A DNA stretch of 61,748 nucleotides, the filler included, from Choristocarpus tenellus KU-1152 (Eukaryota; Protista; Phaeophyceae): the NCBI GenBank assembly GCA_964200185.2. It is 10 parts of 10 records of this genome, joined end to end, with 100 filler letters (N's around TTAATTAATTAA, not from the genome) between each part and the next. Parts side by side here need not be neighbours in the genome. Positions count along the whole stretch, not along the records: positions 1 to 7,163 come from CAXNAD020006595.1; positions 7,264 to 23,481 come from CAXNAD020000858.1; 8 more parts are not named here. One strand, given 5' to 3'. Below are positions 1 to 14,868 of the stretch, piece by piece. The notes below the pieces were generated by a model that was given only the letters and a program-made list of their open reading frames with translations, had not been told where the DNA came from and ran no database searches. A program made the position numbers and the translations under genes. The stretch's first letter is position 1; each line of letters begins with the position of its first letter.

Positions 1-584
1 CTTTAGGCCCTGCCCAAGAAACATCACTCAGTACAAGCAAGGGTGTAGTAGAAGGGGTACCAGTTCAATCAGAACCACCTGTTTTAGTTGAGGGGAATGA
101 GAAGAGGAAAGAGAAGAGGAATGAGAAGAGGAATGAGGGGTTGACTCGGGAAATGCAAGCAAAACAGTGGCTTGCCAATTCTTCAAAGCTCAAGGTGAGA
201 ACCATGTGTGTATTTTGTGTAAAGTACTGCGTGCTTATTGGTCGGTCGCCTTTTGTATGTTGGCTAGGTTGTTTCAATCAACTAGCTGCATGTATGTATG
301 TGGTATGTGGTATGTGGTGGTATTTGACAGGTGCTGAGGTGTCTTAAGTAGTTGTGTCAGGTCATGTCATGTCATGTCATGTCAAACCGGTGAACGGGGT
401 GAAGTAATAGGTTTGGTGACAGAATGGATGCTTTGGTATATTACCAATATCTTAGTGTGTTGTAAGAGGTTGATTTAAGATGAGGCGTTTGTTCTTGTAA
501 CTTGTCGATTCTGTTGCCCCTGCCCCCGTTTGCTGTATACAACGGTAATAAATATAAATAATATATATATATATATTATTTCAG

Positions 585-3500
585 TTCCGGCATGTATTTG
601 GGAAAGAGACAAGGGGCATGAAAGCAAGCTTCAACCTGACTCCACTTTTGACATCCATGGATACACCCATCATTTCCTGCAGCACAGACTTCTGGGCGGT
701 ACCTTGGCTGGGTGGGGGAGGTCCAGTGTTTGTGTCCCCGATGTCTGCTAGTGGCAAGGTGAGCAAGAGCAAGCACCAGTTTGTCATCACCGTTGTGTTC
801 TCATATTTTGAAAAGGTAGTATGATGTCAACCACAATAGGTATGTCTAGGTTATGCTTCTATCGGATGAGCGATCTCTGACGTCAATCTTTTTTTTCTTG
901 GCGGTTACAACTTTTGATTCTTGAATATTTGATTCTTCAACATTTGATTCTTGACCAGGTGGAGCCAGGCTGTCACTTGCTAAATGGTCACCGTGCTCCT
1001 GTCCAGAGCATTGCATTCTCACCCTTTCAACCATCATTGATGGCATCAGGTACAGGGCTAAGTACATGCTAATTGTTTTTGATTGAAGTCTTTCTTATTC
1101 CATCTGTCAGATCACTCAGATTGCTATAAGAAATGTTCTGAGTTTCTTGAAGTGATTGTGATACTGTGGCATTTGTTGCCTTGAGGATTGGTATGGGGCT
1201 CTGACTTGCAGGACCAGTCGACTTTATATGTGTTTATGTGTTTATTTATGTATGTTTTATGTTTGTAATTGTCACAAGGTAGTAGGTACAAACACATGCG
1301 GAACTTTGACATCAGGTCCTGGAGGTGGTGGTGGGGGGAGGGTACTTCACCTCATTAGAGGTCCTGATTACAAGGCAGCAAGTGCATTGATACTAACACA
1401 TACTTTGGTGAAAGTTACTCAAAAATCTGTTTTAATAAAAATAGTTCCTTGAGATTTCAAGTGTTGACATTCTACCACAACCAAGTGTGATAGATGTGTG
1501 TACAATACACAACAGACAGGTGCAGTAGCTATTGCAGCTATTGCAGGGGAGTAGGAATGCCTGCATTTTTGTGTGACATCTTCATACAGTTACCTCAGAG
1601 TGCGAGCAGCCCCCCTGGGTAAAAATCATATTTTGCACTATTTTGGTGAAGCAGGCATTCCTGTTGGCGTTATTGAGATATTTTGTTTATTATTTAGAGT
1701 ATGAGTTGGATGAACTTCAAACAGTAGTTTAGTTTTGTAGACTGAGGTTGCTTTACTCAAGACCTTGACTGATGTGGACTGATGTGGACTGTTAACTCTT
1801 AACTTCTTTTTTTTCAGGTAGTGATGACACCACAGTCAAGTTGTGGGATCTGCCAGACCTGGACACTCCTGGTGGAATTAGCAGTCTTGAATCGGATGGA
1901 TTTATGTCCAGCCTTACATTCAATAGGACAGCAGTCAGGTGTGGATTACTTGCTTGTGGTACACGGCGTTTTGAATCGAAAAGACCTAAACTCCAGATAG
2001 GATTGCATCTATGAATCACTGACCATCACCTGTGTGAATGAGCGGAGGCATGAAGGGTGAATGGCATCTAGTAACAGCAAGAGCTTTTGGATCTTGTGGG
2101 GTGTAGCATGCAGCAATTGACATGCCTTGACCTTTTTGTGATGATGGATTAATGTTTCTGATGATTGCACCTTCAGGTTGGTAGAGTTTCATCCTGCAGC
2201 AGACAACCTACTGATGACAACCAATGCAGATCACAGCTTGCAGATATGTGATATTGCAGCAGCGGGAGGAGAGGACAGGGCAGTTATCGTCATTGATGTC
2301 CACAAGAACGCCATACACAGGTGACAGACAGACAGACAGTCCGAGAGAGCCAGTGTGTTGTGTACACACAGAACACATTTGATACTCTTGAGTAGTTTGG
2401 TGGTTAAAGAGGTGCAAACAAGGCTTCAGAAAACACTTTGGAGAGATGATTGCTGAACAGTCACCATTGGTATCAATCCATGTTACAAGCTGCATGGCCA
2501 AGAACCATGAACAACTAGAGGGCTGCGATCAACAGTATTTACTCTAGCACTAGAGAACTATTACTGTACTTTTGTGTATGTGCATGACTAGTTGTTGCCC
2601 CAACCAGTGAACCTTGAGTGCACATATTGGTAATAAGGTTCTCTGTTGATGCTATTGTTTTGTACTTCAGTTCAGTAAACACCTGTGCAATGCCGATAGC
2701 TACATCATCATCATCATCAAATTTTGTTGTGGTTGTAGCCTGCATGTCTGGTCTCTGAGATACTATATTATAGTACTGTGTTGAAACCCGACTGATGATG
2801 GCATTAAAATCCTCACAATCTCCACACTCCCCTCACGCTCACAGTGCTTCTTTCAGTGGCGATGGCTCTCTAGTGGCCACTACCTCTAGGGATGGTATAC
2901 TGCGTATCATTGATCCTCGGCATGGTACAGTGGTACAGGAGTGTGCAGGACATTCAGGACGCAAAGCACAGATGAGTACATGGTGCCATGGTGCCGGTAT
3001 ACGTGAGGTCCTTGCAACAACGGGCTGTGCAGCTGCAGGACATAGACAACTTTGCCTCTGGGATCCGGTGAGCTGTGATCTCTGTGTTTTTTTCAGCACT
3101 TGTCTTAATATTATTATTATTCAACAGTATGATAAAATCACTCTCAGATGATACCAAGAATTTTTTTTGTTATTATTGTATTATCCACTTAAGTGGCCGT
3201 CTTGTTTGCTTTGTCTGCTCTCCCTTGACCAGACTAAAAAAAAGGAAAAAAAAAAGTACTCGAGGGTAGTACTGTGATTTGTGTCAAATTATATGTCAAA
3301 TTGTCTTGTGAGTGAATGGAAGACCTGCAGAGAGTTGTGACTGCTACTAAAAGCGTACTATTTCTGTCACTACTGGAGTAGTACCTTTTATCAGTTAAGC
3401 CTGACAGTGCATGTTACACCAACATAAAAAGGGTACACCTTGAACGGTTTTCGATTTGAGTCTGTGATCACTCTCCCAAGCACTAGTCTACCTACAATGA

Positions 3501-6500
3501 CAGGATGGTGATCAAACTCAACGCCTATCCCACTCTGCCAACAGAGGAACATGGGTACACCTTACGTGAGCAAGACTGTTGACAGTTCCAACGGCACCCT
3601 CTTTCCAATCTTCAACGAGGCAACAGGAATGTTGTTCTTGGCAAGCAGGTTTGTTAGACCAAGTCTTAAAGTTAGGACATGGAAACAACAGAAGTAGTGG
3701 TAGTGGTAGTGGTAGTGAAATAATTCCATGGGACTTTGTTGGCATGATGACTCTGTCAGAGGTTGTATGTGCTCTAAAATATAGAGTATTTGCGTGGCAT
3801 GATGGTGCCAGACTCAAGCTGACCTGTTTGTCTTTGGTGTTAACTGTTGAGGTGCTACTGTTCCACTAGGACAGAGATGTGTCTCACCCTCAGAGGAAGA
3901 ATGACATCTTAATGTTCAACAGTTGCTGAAGCTGCAACGTGAATTTAGCTTATTTTGGTTGAGGTGTGGCTGCTTGGTGAGGTTGTGACTTGTGACTGCT
4001 TTTTTTCATCAATGTGTAACTGCCATGTCATACCGTTATACCGTCTTGAGATTTGCATCACACTCGGAGGTTACCACTGTTTTAGGTTGTAGACCTTTCT
4101 ATTTACTCCAGTGTATTGTACTGAGAGTATTTGATTTACCAAGTCTATATCAAGCATCTACTGTTATTAATACGCCTTCCATATATATGTATATAATTTT
4201 ATTTTTTTACTGCCCTCAAAGTCCTTAAAGTGATTAATTAATGAAATGTTGTTACTTCAAACAGCATAAACACCAAATTATGTGATATTCCGTTGAGATG
4301 CTCCGAAACACCTGTGTGCTATACTGTTGCTAACTAGTCTTACTGCAGTTGCCAGAAGCATATTGCATGAGTCCATTTCTCAATAGCCAAGCCGTGTCTC
4401 AAATTCAAACTGATTTGTAGAGGGGGGTCAGGAATCAAGTACTTCGAGTTTGGCTATGAGGATGCTGGCGCCCAGAGTGTTGAGGAGTTGTGTGAAGCTC
4501 TTCCCTCAGTGCATTTCTGTCATGAGTTCAAGGCAGCTGGAGAGCCGCTGTGTGGTGCTGCAATGCTCTCACCATCTGTTGGTGCATTGGATATTCCTGC
4601 AGTGGAGGTAGCACGCTTTTTGAGACTGACCTGTACAACTGTTGAGCCAGGTGAGGCATTGAGGCGATGCTTATGGAGTCTTTTTTATTTTATTGGTGTT
4701 GGATTTGTGTTGATTTTGATGTTTTGATGACTTGCACTTGCAGTCCAGACAAGAGACGTTTTTATTGGTTGTGTTATTTAGGTACTCGGTGTATTGTGGG
4801 AGATAGGGTTAAAGTTAGGGTTAGGGTTAGGGTCAGACAGCAACGGGAGGACAAGTGTTCTCATTTGATAGTGTAATGTGAGAGACAGTCCATCGACTAC
4901 TGTTTTCAGGAAATTATTCAAGTGAACAAAGGGATTTTGGTGCAGTAGTATGGATTATAGTTGGCATGCCACCCTATTAATACTGCACAGTGCCCTAGTA
5001 TTGTATTGCTTGGTTGGGGTTGGCATTGACTTACTGGAAGTTAATATAAGGAAGTGTCTCTTGCTGATTTTGAATACCAAGTTTTAAACAGCTTTGCTCA
5101 TAGTACCACAAGGGAGTTAGTCAACATAATGGGGGATGTGCAGGAAAGGGAAACGATCATGTAATGGGGGTGAGGCACTACTGTGCTGTATTGTTCATGG
5201 GTTAGGGTTAGGGTTAGGGTGTATGTTCATGTAGTGTAGTAGTTCATCGCTGCAGTCGCTGGTTTGGTACTGAGAAGATGGCATGGCTAACATAATTCCT
5301 ATGCAATAACATTTATAATTTGTATGTAATTTATATGTGATGGAAATGTGACTGGAGTAATACCTCAGACTGATTTTTCGAGTATGTCCTTACCTTCTTG
5401 AAACATGTTAGACAGGGATGACTTGACACGATGCAATTTGGAAAGACACTGATATGTCATCCTCTATTATACTACTTGGACTACTACTTACAAACCTGTT
5501 GAGAGCATTTATACATGCCCAAATTCTTTAGAAGGGAAAATCATAGAGATGGACTGCCAACAAAGGGGGTGCTAATGTGTGTATTGATACATCAATTCCT
5601 TGTGAATTGTGTAGAGCCAGCAGTGGTGCCTATCATTATCTGTTACTGTAGTCTGCCTGTCCATCTCTTGATGGGTTTATGCTGTTTGTTGGGATTTGTT
5701 GTTACTATATTTGCCCCACATCCTTCCTCATTACCTTGGGGTTGGCCTAATTGTTGAGGTACAAGAGTGTTTGTGGAACCTTTCCTCTAATTTCGTTTTT
5801 TTTTAATGTGCCTTGAGAAATTAGAACAGAATCAATACCTTTTTTTTTCAAATCATCCGAATCTCACACCTACATCTGAACTTGAGTCATAACGATAAAC
5901 ATTCTTTATGATAACAGTTTTAGTGTTTTGGAGTATGAGCGGTTTTACTTGAGGAAAATTTTGAATATATTAGAACAGTTAGATTGATTGGTGACTGCAA
6001 TTGGGCAGGGAAGTTGGTATTTAGTAACCAGATGACATTTTTAAAAGATGAGTTGAAGCTATTATCAAGATAAAGAATCTGCAAAGTCATCCTCGTGACA
6101 ATAGGGGGCGGGGGGGGAGGTTGTAAAGATGATGTCATGATATCTTTCCTCCGATTTATCATAAACAAAGTATGAAGTGATCATATTTTTGTGGAGAGTG
6201 AAAACCGTTTGGTGTAATGTGTTTTGATGTCCTCTCCACTGCGGTGCCAATGATGTAGGTTTAAGTATTTAGTATTTGGTGTATTTCTGTCCACGGAAGG
6301 GTTAGGGCCAGGGTTAGGGCTAACCCTGCCTCTTTTTTTTGTTGGTTACTGCTAGATCAGAGGTCCTTGTCATTGTTGACTTGACGATCATAGAGGCGTT
6401 TTTTCTTTGGTGAATGTGATCTATATGGTAAACATGACATGCTGAGGATAACTTGCCAGCAGTCGCATGCTTTGAAAGATGTAAATGGTCTTCAGCAGTG

Positions 6501-7163
6501 TGGAAAAACTTTGGTGGGGTCCTCTTTTTTTCCATTATTTTTAAAAATTATCTTTGCCTTGCCCCCACTCTGTGTGACCAATTTTGTTCCCTTTCAGTGT
6601 CATTCTTTTTGCCACGATCCAATGAGCTCAAGGGTTTCTATCAGGATGATGTGTACAGGTATGTTGGATTATGTCTACTACAATAAGGTACAAGTGGAAG
6701 TAGCAATGGTTCTTTGTCTAGCTTTATGTTGAATGCGAATCTCTTCCTTCATGTGATGCCACCTTCCTATTTCATCAAGATATATTTTGCACTTTGTTTG
6801 GGCTATAGAGTGTACATTTCTTTTCATGGTGTATACCAAACCAAGACTGACACTGCTGTGTCTTACGCCTTAACGTGATGTTAATGGACACTCTCCCTGG
6901 CATTGCGACATATTGCAGCGTGATGGTTGTGAATATAGAGCAGGTTTCTGGGGATTTGGGTCTTTTATTTTTTGTGAATGATGGTGTGTAGTGGAGTGCT
7001 TGCATCAAATGGTTCTGAAAACAAGTGATCAAAAGTTTACAGTGTGTATATGTCTTGTCCCTTTCAGGCCTGTCCGCACTTCTGTCCCCTGCATGACCTC
7101 CACCGAGTGGCTTGAAGGTGCCAACTCTGGTGATGTGGAAGGACGTCAATACACTTCATTGTG
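585..7163 (+). CDS. Coronin-family WD40 actin-binding protein, multi-exon, partial at both ends
   Basis: Phase-consistent GT-AG exons 585-758, 959-1049, 1818-1938, 2177-2320, 2845-3067, 3545-3648, 4421-4650, 6598-6658 and 7068-7163 (contig end). They translate to FRHVFG...FWAVPWLGGGGPVFV...GHRAPVQSIAFSPF...GSDDTTVKLW...FHPAADNLL...TSRDGILRIIDPR...RQLCLWDPRN...DSSNGTLFP...VEVARFLRL...VEPVSFFLPR...FYQDDVY...TSTEWLEG. These are the coronin hallmark motifs in canonical order. Confidence 0.92.
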
Positions 7164-7263
7164 NNNNNNNNNNNNNNNNNNNNNNNNNNNNNNNNNNNNN
7201 NNNNNNNTTAATTAATTAANNNNNNNNNNNNNNNNNNNNNNNNNNNNNNNNNNNNNNNNNNNN
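7164..7263. other. Artificial contig-joining linker N44-TTAATTAATTAA-N44 (first of nine)
   Basis: Identical 100-nt linkers also occur at 23482-23581, 32771-32870, 41077-41176, 44153-44252, 47625-47724, 51304-51403, 54353-54452 and 58214-58313. TTAATTAATTAA places stops in all six frames. Confidence 0.98.
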
Positions 7264-10200
7264 TCACTGCTTAGCAAATGCCACCTGCAACCAAGCCCCC
7301 CCCCCCAAAAAAAAAGGAGTAAGTTAAGGCACAAGTCTTTGTTTTTATGACAATTTTCTTTTTTAAGTGTTCCTGTACCTGATCTTGTTTATTCTCTAAT
7401 GATGTACTCGTCTCTGTTTTATCACAGCCTTAACCTTTAATAACACCCTAACCCTAACCCTAGATATACCCGAACATGTGATTCTCAGCTGTGTATACAT
7501 CCTTCTTACTACTAATATTACGTAAATACTGTGTATGTATTTTGATGTACCATTTTAATAGTTCTATGTGTAGATAATAATAATAATTCATATCAAGGCA
7601 TTTTAAACTAGGCACTAACCAGACATTGAAATGATGTCTTCTATATTCTGTAGGAGGTTGTGTGCTATACACCTCATGGTGGACAAGGGGTAAACAAGAG
7701 ACAGCAAGAGACAAGCAATGAATCAACTTCAATGCAGTAAAAAACGACCAGTACACCAACTCAAGTAATACCAAATCCAAATCTTCCAGCACTAACCCTA
7801 TCCCCCCCAAAAAAAACTTTTCCACATTCAGTACAATAAACCCGACCCCATAATTATATCTCATCCACTCTATAACTCTAATCCTTTGATAAAAAAAAAA
7901 AATAAATAAATTATAAAAAAACAATTTGTTGAAAAAAAAATTACAATGTTTCTCACTCACTTCAATAGCGTTCTCAGAGCCTCCACACACCGCACGTCCA
8001 CCTCCAGGGCAGCCCGTAGCCACACCACAGCTCTGGATCGATTATCCAGCAGGGCATAAGCCTTCCCCCTCAAACAGCACAACCAAGCCATAACCTCAAT
8101 GCCATCCAATTGGTGTTTGGGGTTTTGATGACCCGGTGCAGGCGTTGTTGCTGTGGTACGACTGCTGTTGCTTGTTGTGGGGATAGAGGTATACTCCTTC
8201 ATTGACTTGAATTGATACCATCAAGTCAACCAACATGCAAATATGCAACACATAAATTAGAAATCAACAAAATGGAAGGTGGGGGAGGTAGAGGGGGGAG
8301 GGTGTGTGTGTGTGAAATGTGAGTAATAGGTTGGATTAAGGTTGAGGTCAGATTTGAGGGTTAGGGTTTGCATGATTGAGAGAAGGAGTGGAGGTAGTTC
8401 ATGGCATTGGAATGAAGTTGGGTTGGGGAGGGGAGAAAGTACTGTTACATAGCATCATTATCAAATTTAATTTTCTTTTAAAAGGGTTGGGCATTAGGGT
8501 TAGGGTTTAACAACAGTAACAGAGAGTATTATTGAAACTAATTAGAGTTTGTGTGTGATCGTTGAAGAGGCAAGAGTTCACTTCAAAAGACAATTGAACA
8601 TCAAATTCTCAAAAGAGATTTGACCATCGCCTGGATAAACCCTAACCCTAACCCTAACCCTAACCCTAACCCTAACCCCAAGCCAGGTACATTGAGACAA
8701 GTGAAGATGAGAGAAAAAAATCAATGTCATGCCCAGTATGAGTGCATAGTATGTGAGACATAGTATGTGAGACATAGTATGTGAGACATAAGCCAAACGA
8801 TACTGTCCTGTCACCATCTGAGGGAATTAATCAAGCTTTGAAGTTCAGAGATGATCGATTGACTAGGTAGGGGTGGGATTGAAGAGACAAAAAAAGGTAT
8901 GGCACTAGAGACAAAAAAGGTACAATGAAAAGAAAAAAATGGTAGGACACAAGAGACAAAAAAAGGTATGATGAAAGGGAAAAAACAAATCTGTCATGAG
9001 GAGAGCATTAGAAGATCATCCATCACATAACATCTCCCAGGCAATGGATCAACAACCCCTTGGAATGGGATAATAACACCAAAAAGCATCCCATGTCATT
9101 GAAACATCACATTGCATTGCATCATACCAAGAAATGGAATAGAACCAAGGAGAAAAAATAACACAAATTTAACCAAACTGGACATAGCAACATGTATCAA
9201 ATCATATTACAGCACATTAAATTAAATCACATCAAATCAAATCAAATCAAATCAAATCACATCACATTAAGTCATATTATATCACACCCTATCCTATCAC
9301 AAATCCTGGTGTTGTGAATCAATGCAAATTAACTGATTTGATGTATTCCATCCAAGAATGATCCAGACTACTACATCAAAACAAATGTATTGAATGACTG
9401 TATCAAAACAAACATGCCGAATGACTGTATCAAAACAAATATATCGAATGACTATAACAAAACAAACGTATTGAATGACTGTATCAAACTAAATGTATTG
9501 AATGACTGTATCAAAACAAATATATCGAATTACTATATCAAAACAAACGTATTGAATGACTGTATCAAACTAAATGTATTGAATGACTGTATCAAAACAG
9601 ATGTAAAGAAAGACTGTATCAAAACAAATATATTGAATGACTATATCAAAACAAACGTACCGAATGACTGTATCAAAACAAATGTAAGAAAGACTGTATC
9701 AAAACAAATATATCGAATGACTATATCAAAACAAACATATTGAATGACTGTATCAAACTAAATGTATTGAATGACTGTATCAAAACAAATGTAAGAAAGA
9801 CTGTATCAAAACAAATATATCGAATGACTATATCAAAACAAACGTATTGAATGACTGTATCAAACTAAATGTATTGAATGACTGTATCAAAACAGATGTA
9901 AAGAAAGACTGTATCAAAAAAAATATATTGAATGACTATATCAAAACAAACGTACCGAATGACTGTATCAAAACCTTTCTCAGTCGTTACAGTACATGTT
10001 CTCCTACTATGCATGCTGCATGGTTAATTTAATTATAGTATTTTATAGTACTTTATAATACATTATAATTATAGTATATTACAGCACATGATAGTATATT
10101 TAGTACAATAAATACACTCTAGTATATTATAGTACATTATAATACATTATAATACACTACCGTATATGACAGTATATTAAAATATAATATAGTACATTGT

Positions 10201-13200
10201 AGTACATGAAAGTATAATATAGTACATTATACCTTCCTCATTACAGTACATTATACAGTACATTGTACTACGATCTCATACCACTCAGTGCATTTAAATG
10301 ATTAAATGTTCACCTGAACGAAAGCAATACTCTCATAATTCATAATACTACTCCTATCACATATCACATCACATCACATCACATCACATCACATCATAAA
10401 ATACAGACAAAAAAAATATGTGACTACACACAAAGATTCCATCACACCACTTCCCATCACATCCAATCACACCATTCTTGACCAAGCAATGTATCAATAC
10501 CCACTTCAACTACAACAAATTAATGAAGGGCTCACCTATTCCGGTTGATTTTCAGTTAACACAAACAACACGGCTACTAACTCTACTTACCTCCAACCAA
10601 AAAAGTCAATCAACACTCCAGTCAATCTTCCATCGCTTTCAAATACTTTCAAACACTATCAGTGAAAATCCTCTTGCCACACCTCTGACTCACCTAGACC
10701 AAATTCACCTACCACTAATAAAAATCAATCACAGTAACTGTGATGCAAAAAAGCCAGTCCTTTCAGTTCCTTCTTAAATGCTTCCAGTTACTTCTTAATA
10801 CTTCCAGTATTTCATTTACTACTTCCAGGTACCTTCTTGCCACTTCTAGTTCCTTTTCAATAACTTCAAGTATTATTTCCAACCACTTCCATTCTCTTCT
10901 CAATCAGTTTTAAAGAACACTTTCTTCTTCTCCACTAACAGTAATACCTACCTCTGACTTAGCCTTCACAAGCTCTGCATCGCTATCAGGATAGCCCAAG
11001 ACCTTCTCCAGCAACACTACACAGTCCTCCACCTTGTCCGCTGCATGTAAACTGTAAGAACACCCAGGCAACGCCTTGTGTTAGGTAATATCCTGTGTTG
11101 CGTTATCCCGTGTTGTGTAACACTGTGTTTATGTTGTGTTTATGCTATGCTGTCCTGTGTTATGCTACACTATGTTTATGTTGTGTTATGCTATGCTACA
11201 AAGAGTTGTGTTACACTATGTTTATGCTGTGTTGTGTTTACACTATGCCATACTGAGTTGTGTTACAGTGTGCTTATATGTTAATGTTGTCACACTATAC
11301 TGTGTTTCTGTTGTATTGTGTTACACTATGTTTATGCTGTGTTGTGCTGAGCTTGATTTGTTTGAAGCATAACTGAGATACTGGTGTTGATATATTTTCA
11401 TCCTATGTTGAAATGTTGTCTGTCAATGACACATAAAGCAATGAGGGTCACTCCCAACAGATTGATACAACCTGATTAGTCAAATACTTCTCGAAACATC
11501 AAAAAGATGTCCAAAACTCTCAACCTGATTAGTCAAATACTTCTCGAAACATCAAAAAGATGTCCATAACTCTCAACCCCAACATGTTAAAAAAAAAACA
11601 CACACACACAAGGGTTCCCCCCCCAACCAAACCAAGGACAAAATTTCAAATCCCAACAAAAAATAAAGAGCACACTCAATAGTCATTCAAAACAATTACC
11701 ATATATTTTCATTATCAAAACCTGACCGTTGATCATTTCAACACTACTGTCAAAAAACCCCACACAGATTTCCTCCAAAGGTCACACATTAATTGCCACT
11801 TCAATATCTTATACAAGAATATTCCAATCTCTTGCCCTACCGGAGAATACATACATACATACATACATACAAGGGTTGTACCACTGGCAGGCGTTTGTAT
11901 CCACATCAGTGTTCAATATAAAAGTATTTTCACAAGTATGTCACAAACTAATGCAGAATTTTCCCGCCTTCCAATATATTGGAAATCCATAGTGGGCGGA
12001 GTGGTATAGCATTAAGACATTTACAACAAAATGGTACAAGCAATGTATCAAATACAATTGACATCTTTTCACTTGCCATACAGTACCTCCAACTAAATCA
12101 AAACCCTAACCCTCAAAGCACTGCACTGTATGTGTTACTCACATTTTGTCTTTGCCTTGTGTGGCATATACGTCCATACATATCACATCACATTACATCA
12201 CACTACATCACACCACGTAACATAACATAACATCACACCACATCAAATCACATCACATTACAGCACATTACATCACACTGCATCACATCAAATCACATCA
12301 CATCACATGACGTAACATAACATAACATTACACCCCATCAAATCACATAACATCACACCACATCACATCGCATCACGTAACATAACATAACATCACATCA
12401 CATCACATCACATCACACCATACCACACCCCATCCCATCACATCACCTGAGCGCAGCAAGGTGGCACGCCCTGAGTCCAAATCTGTCTTCAAAGTCCAGG
12501 AGGCGGTGCTGTCCCAACAATTGAACCACCCGTAGATACAGTCCACAAGCATAATACGCCTGCCAATATAATAAAAATAAAAATAAAAATATCAAAAGGG
12601 GTTGAAGGTGGAAGTTGATCATTCAGTGTTGTGTTGTGGTTTGAATCATTGTCTTTGAACACCAAATTCGGCGTAACTGTAATTTAGTGGGTGTGTCAGG
12701 TTGAATGCTGGGAGAGAGCAGGTTAAAATGTGCAATCTGAACACACAGGACACACATTGGAAGGCAGGGTGTACCATAGAATACTCTCCATGTCCTGAGC
12801 GTGTTCGCCTTCCAGCAAATGGAAAATCCCACTGCTCAACCTACTGACAAGTATTTGGTGCCTCTTCTCACCAAATAATAATAACAAAAGGTACAGCATC
12901 TTTTTGTTATTATTCTTACAGAATACTCCCTCCCTCCAGGATCAGTTCACCCGGTATGTGAGACTGTGAAGAATACAGAATAAGGAATGCGTTTCTGTGG
13001 CCTTGAATAGAGCAGCATACAATACAATACAATACAATACAAAAGAATAGAATACATTTAAGTACAGAATAAAAAGAACAGAATAAATACAATATAATAC
13101 AAAAGAATAGAATAAATAGAATACAGAAAAAAAGAACAGAATGCAATACAATACAATACAATACAATAGGATAGGTAGGTTTCAATGGACCAAGTCAAAT

Positions 13201-14826
13201 TTCACTTTGCGGTGACCTAATCACAATGTGTTTCCTTCAAATACACACACACACAAAAAACAAGTAAGAAAAAGTTGATACCATCCTGTGCAAATTACAG
13301 TCTGCCTGTTTGAATTGATGCTGAATACAGAAAAGTAAAAACACTTAAAAAAAAAAAAAACAGCCCTAGAGGCCAGATCGTTCACATTTGTCACAAGCCT
13401 TGTAGACAGGATCATCAATTTACCTCTTACTCATTAACAATCTATCACTCATCATCAATCAATATCTTACTCATCATCAATTTATCTATTACTCATTAAC
13501 AATCTATCACTCATCATCAATTTATCTATTACTCATTAACAATCTATCACTCATCATCAATCAATCTCTTATCGTCAATCTCTACTGTTTCACCATCTAA
13601 CCCTAACCCTAACCCTAACCCTAACCCTAACCCTAACCCTAACCCTAACCCAATTTAACGATAGACCCTTCTGTTACAAGACATACCTCCTACAGTAAAC
13701 ACCCACAAGTCAAGACTATTACATCTAACCCTAACCATATTACATCCGTGCGCCAACCGCTGTTACTTGCGAGACTTCATGCTTCTTAGTGAAGTGAATC
13801 TTATATTCAATTCAGGTGAATCTTAGATTCCATCCAACTCAAACGCAATTAATAAAAAAACGTTGAAGGGAATGTAGCTACCTTTTTCGGGATATTGAAT
13901 CTTTTACACATTGAATCTCTTAACATACTCACTCTGCGCTCTTTGATCCTCTTTTTTTTTGTACCCTTTTGTCTCAAAGCTACATACACATCATGTCCAT
14001 TATAATAGAGAATGTTAAAAAAAAATTCGAGCCGATTTCATTTGCACTCATAAAACACTCTTGATTCACAACACTGTAACATAGGAATGTCACATCTCCC
14101 ATCATACAAATTTTACTTGCACACCAATATAGTTGACAATATTCCCAACAGTAGAATTCTAGACACAAAGTTCAAGTTCAACTTCAAGTTCAACTTCAAG
14201 GGTACACAACCTGCCCACTGCGAGTCCTCTGTCAGTCATATTCGATGCACAGACGGGATGAGTACCTTTTATTGACGAGTACCTTATATTGATGAATACC
14301 TTACATTGATGAGTACTTTACATTGATGAATACTTTACATTGATGAGTACCTTACATTGATGAGTCCTTACATTGATGAGTACCTTATATTGATGAGTAC
14401 CTTTTATTGACGAGTACCTTATATTGATGAGTACCTTACATTGATGAATACTTTACATTGATGAGTACCTTACATTGATGAGTCCTTACATTGATGAGTA
14501 CCTTATATTGATGAGTACCTTTTATTGACGAGTACCTTACATTGATGAGTACCTTATATTGATGAGTACCTTTTATTGACGAGTACCTTACATTGATGAG
14601 TACCTTACATTGATGAGTACCTTTAATTGATGAGTACCTTACATTGATGAATACTACATTGATGAGTACCTTTTATTGATGAGTCCTTACATTGATGAGT
14701 ACCTTATACTGATGAGTACATTATATTGTCTCACCTTGGCCAATAGGAGGACGTCTTCCCTTGCAAACTGTGAAAATGTTACCAGCTTATCCGCATAAAA
14801 GGCAGCGGTTTCAGGCATGGACTGAC

Positions 14827-14868
<42 letters not shown>

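Noticed and set aside
7208-7219. Recurring TTAATTAATTAA palindrome as a biological site
   Set aside because: It is always centred between two 44-N runs, so it is an assembly linker.
9390-10032. Repeat-protein ORFs (NDCIKTN...)
   Set aside because: They are a translation of a 27-bp minisatellite antisense within an APC6 intron, and 26-bp units shift the frame.
13597-13651. True chromosome end
   Set aside because: The tract is short and lies within an intron, with gene sequence on both sides.
14258-14720. CRISPR array or iteron cluster
   Set aside because: These are head-to-tail 17-bp units with no unique spacers, inside a spliceosomal intron.
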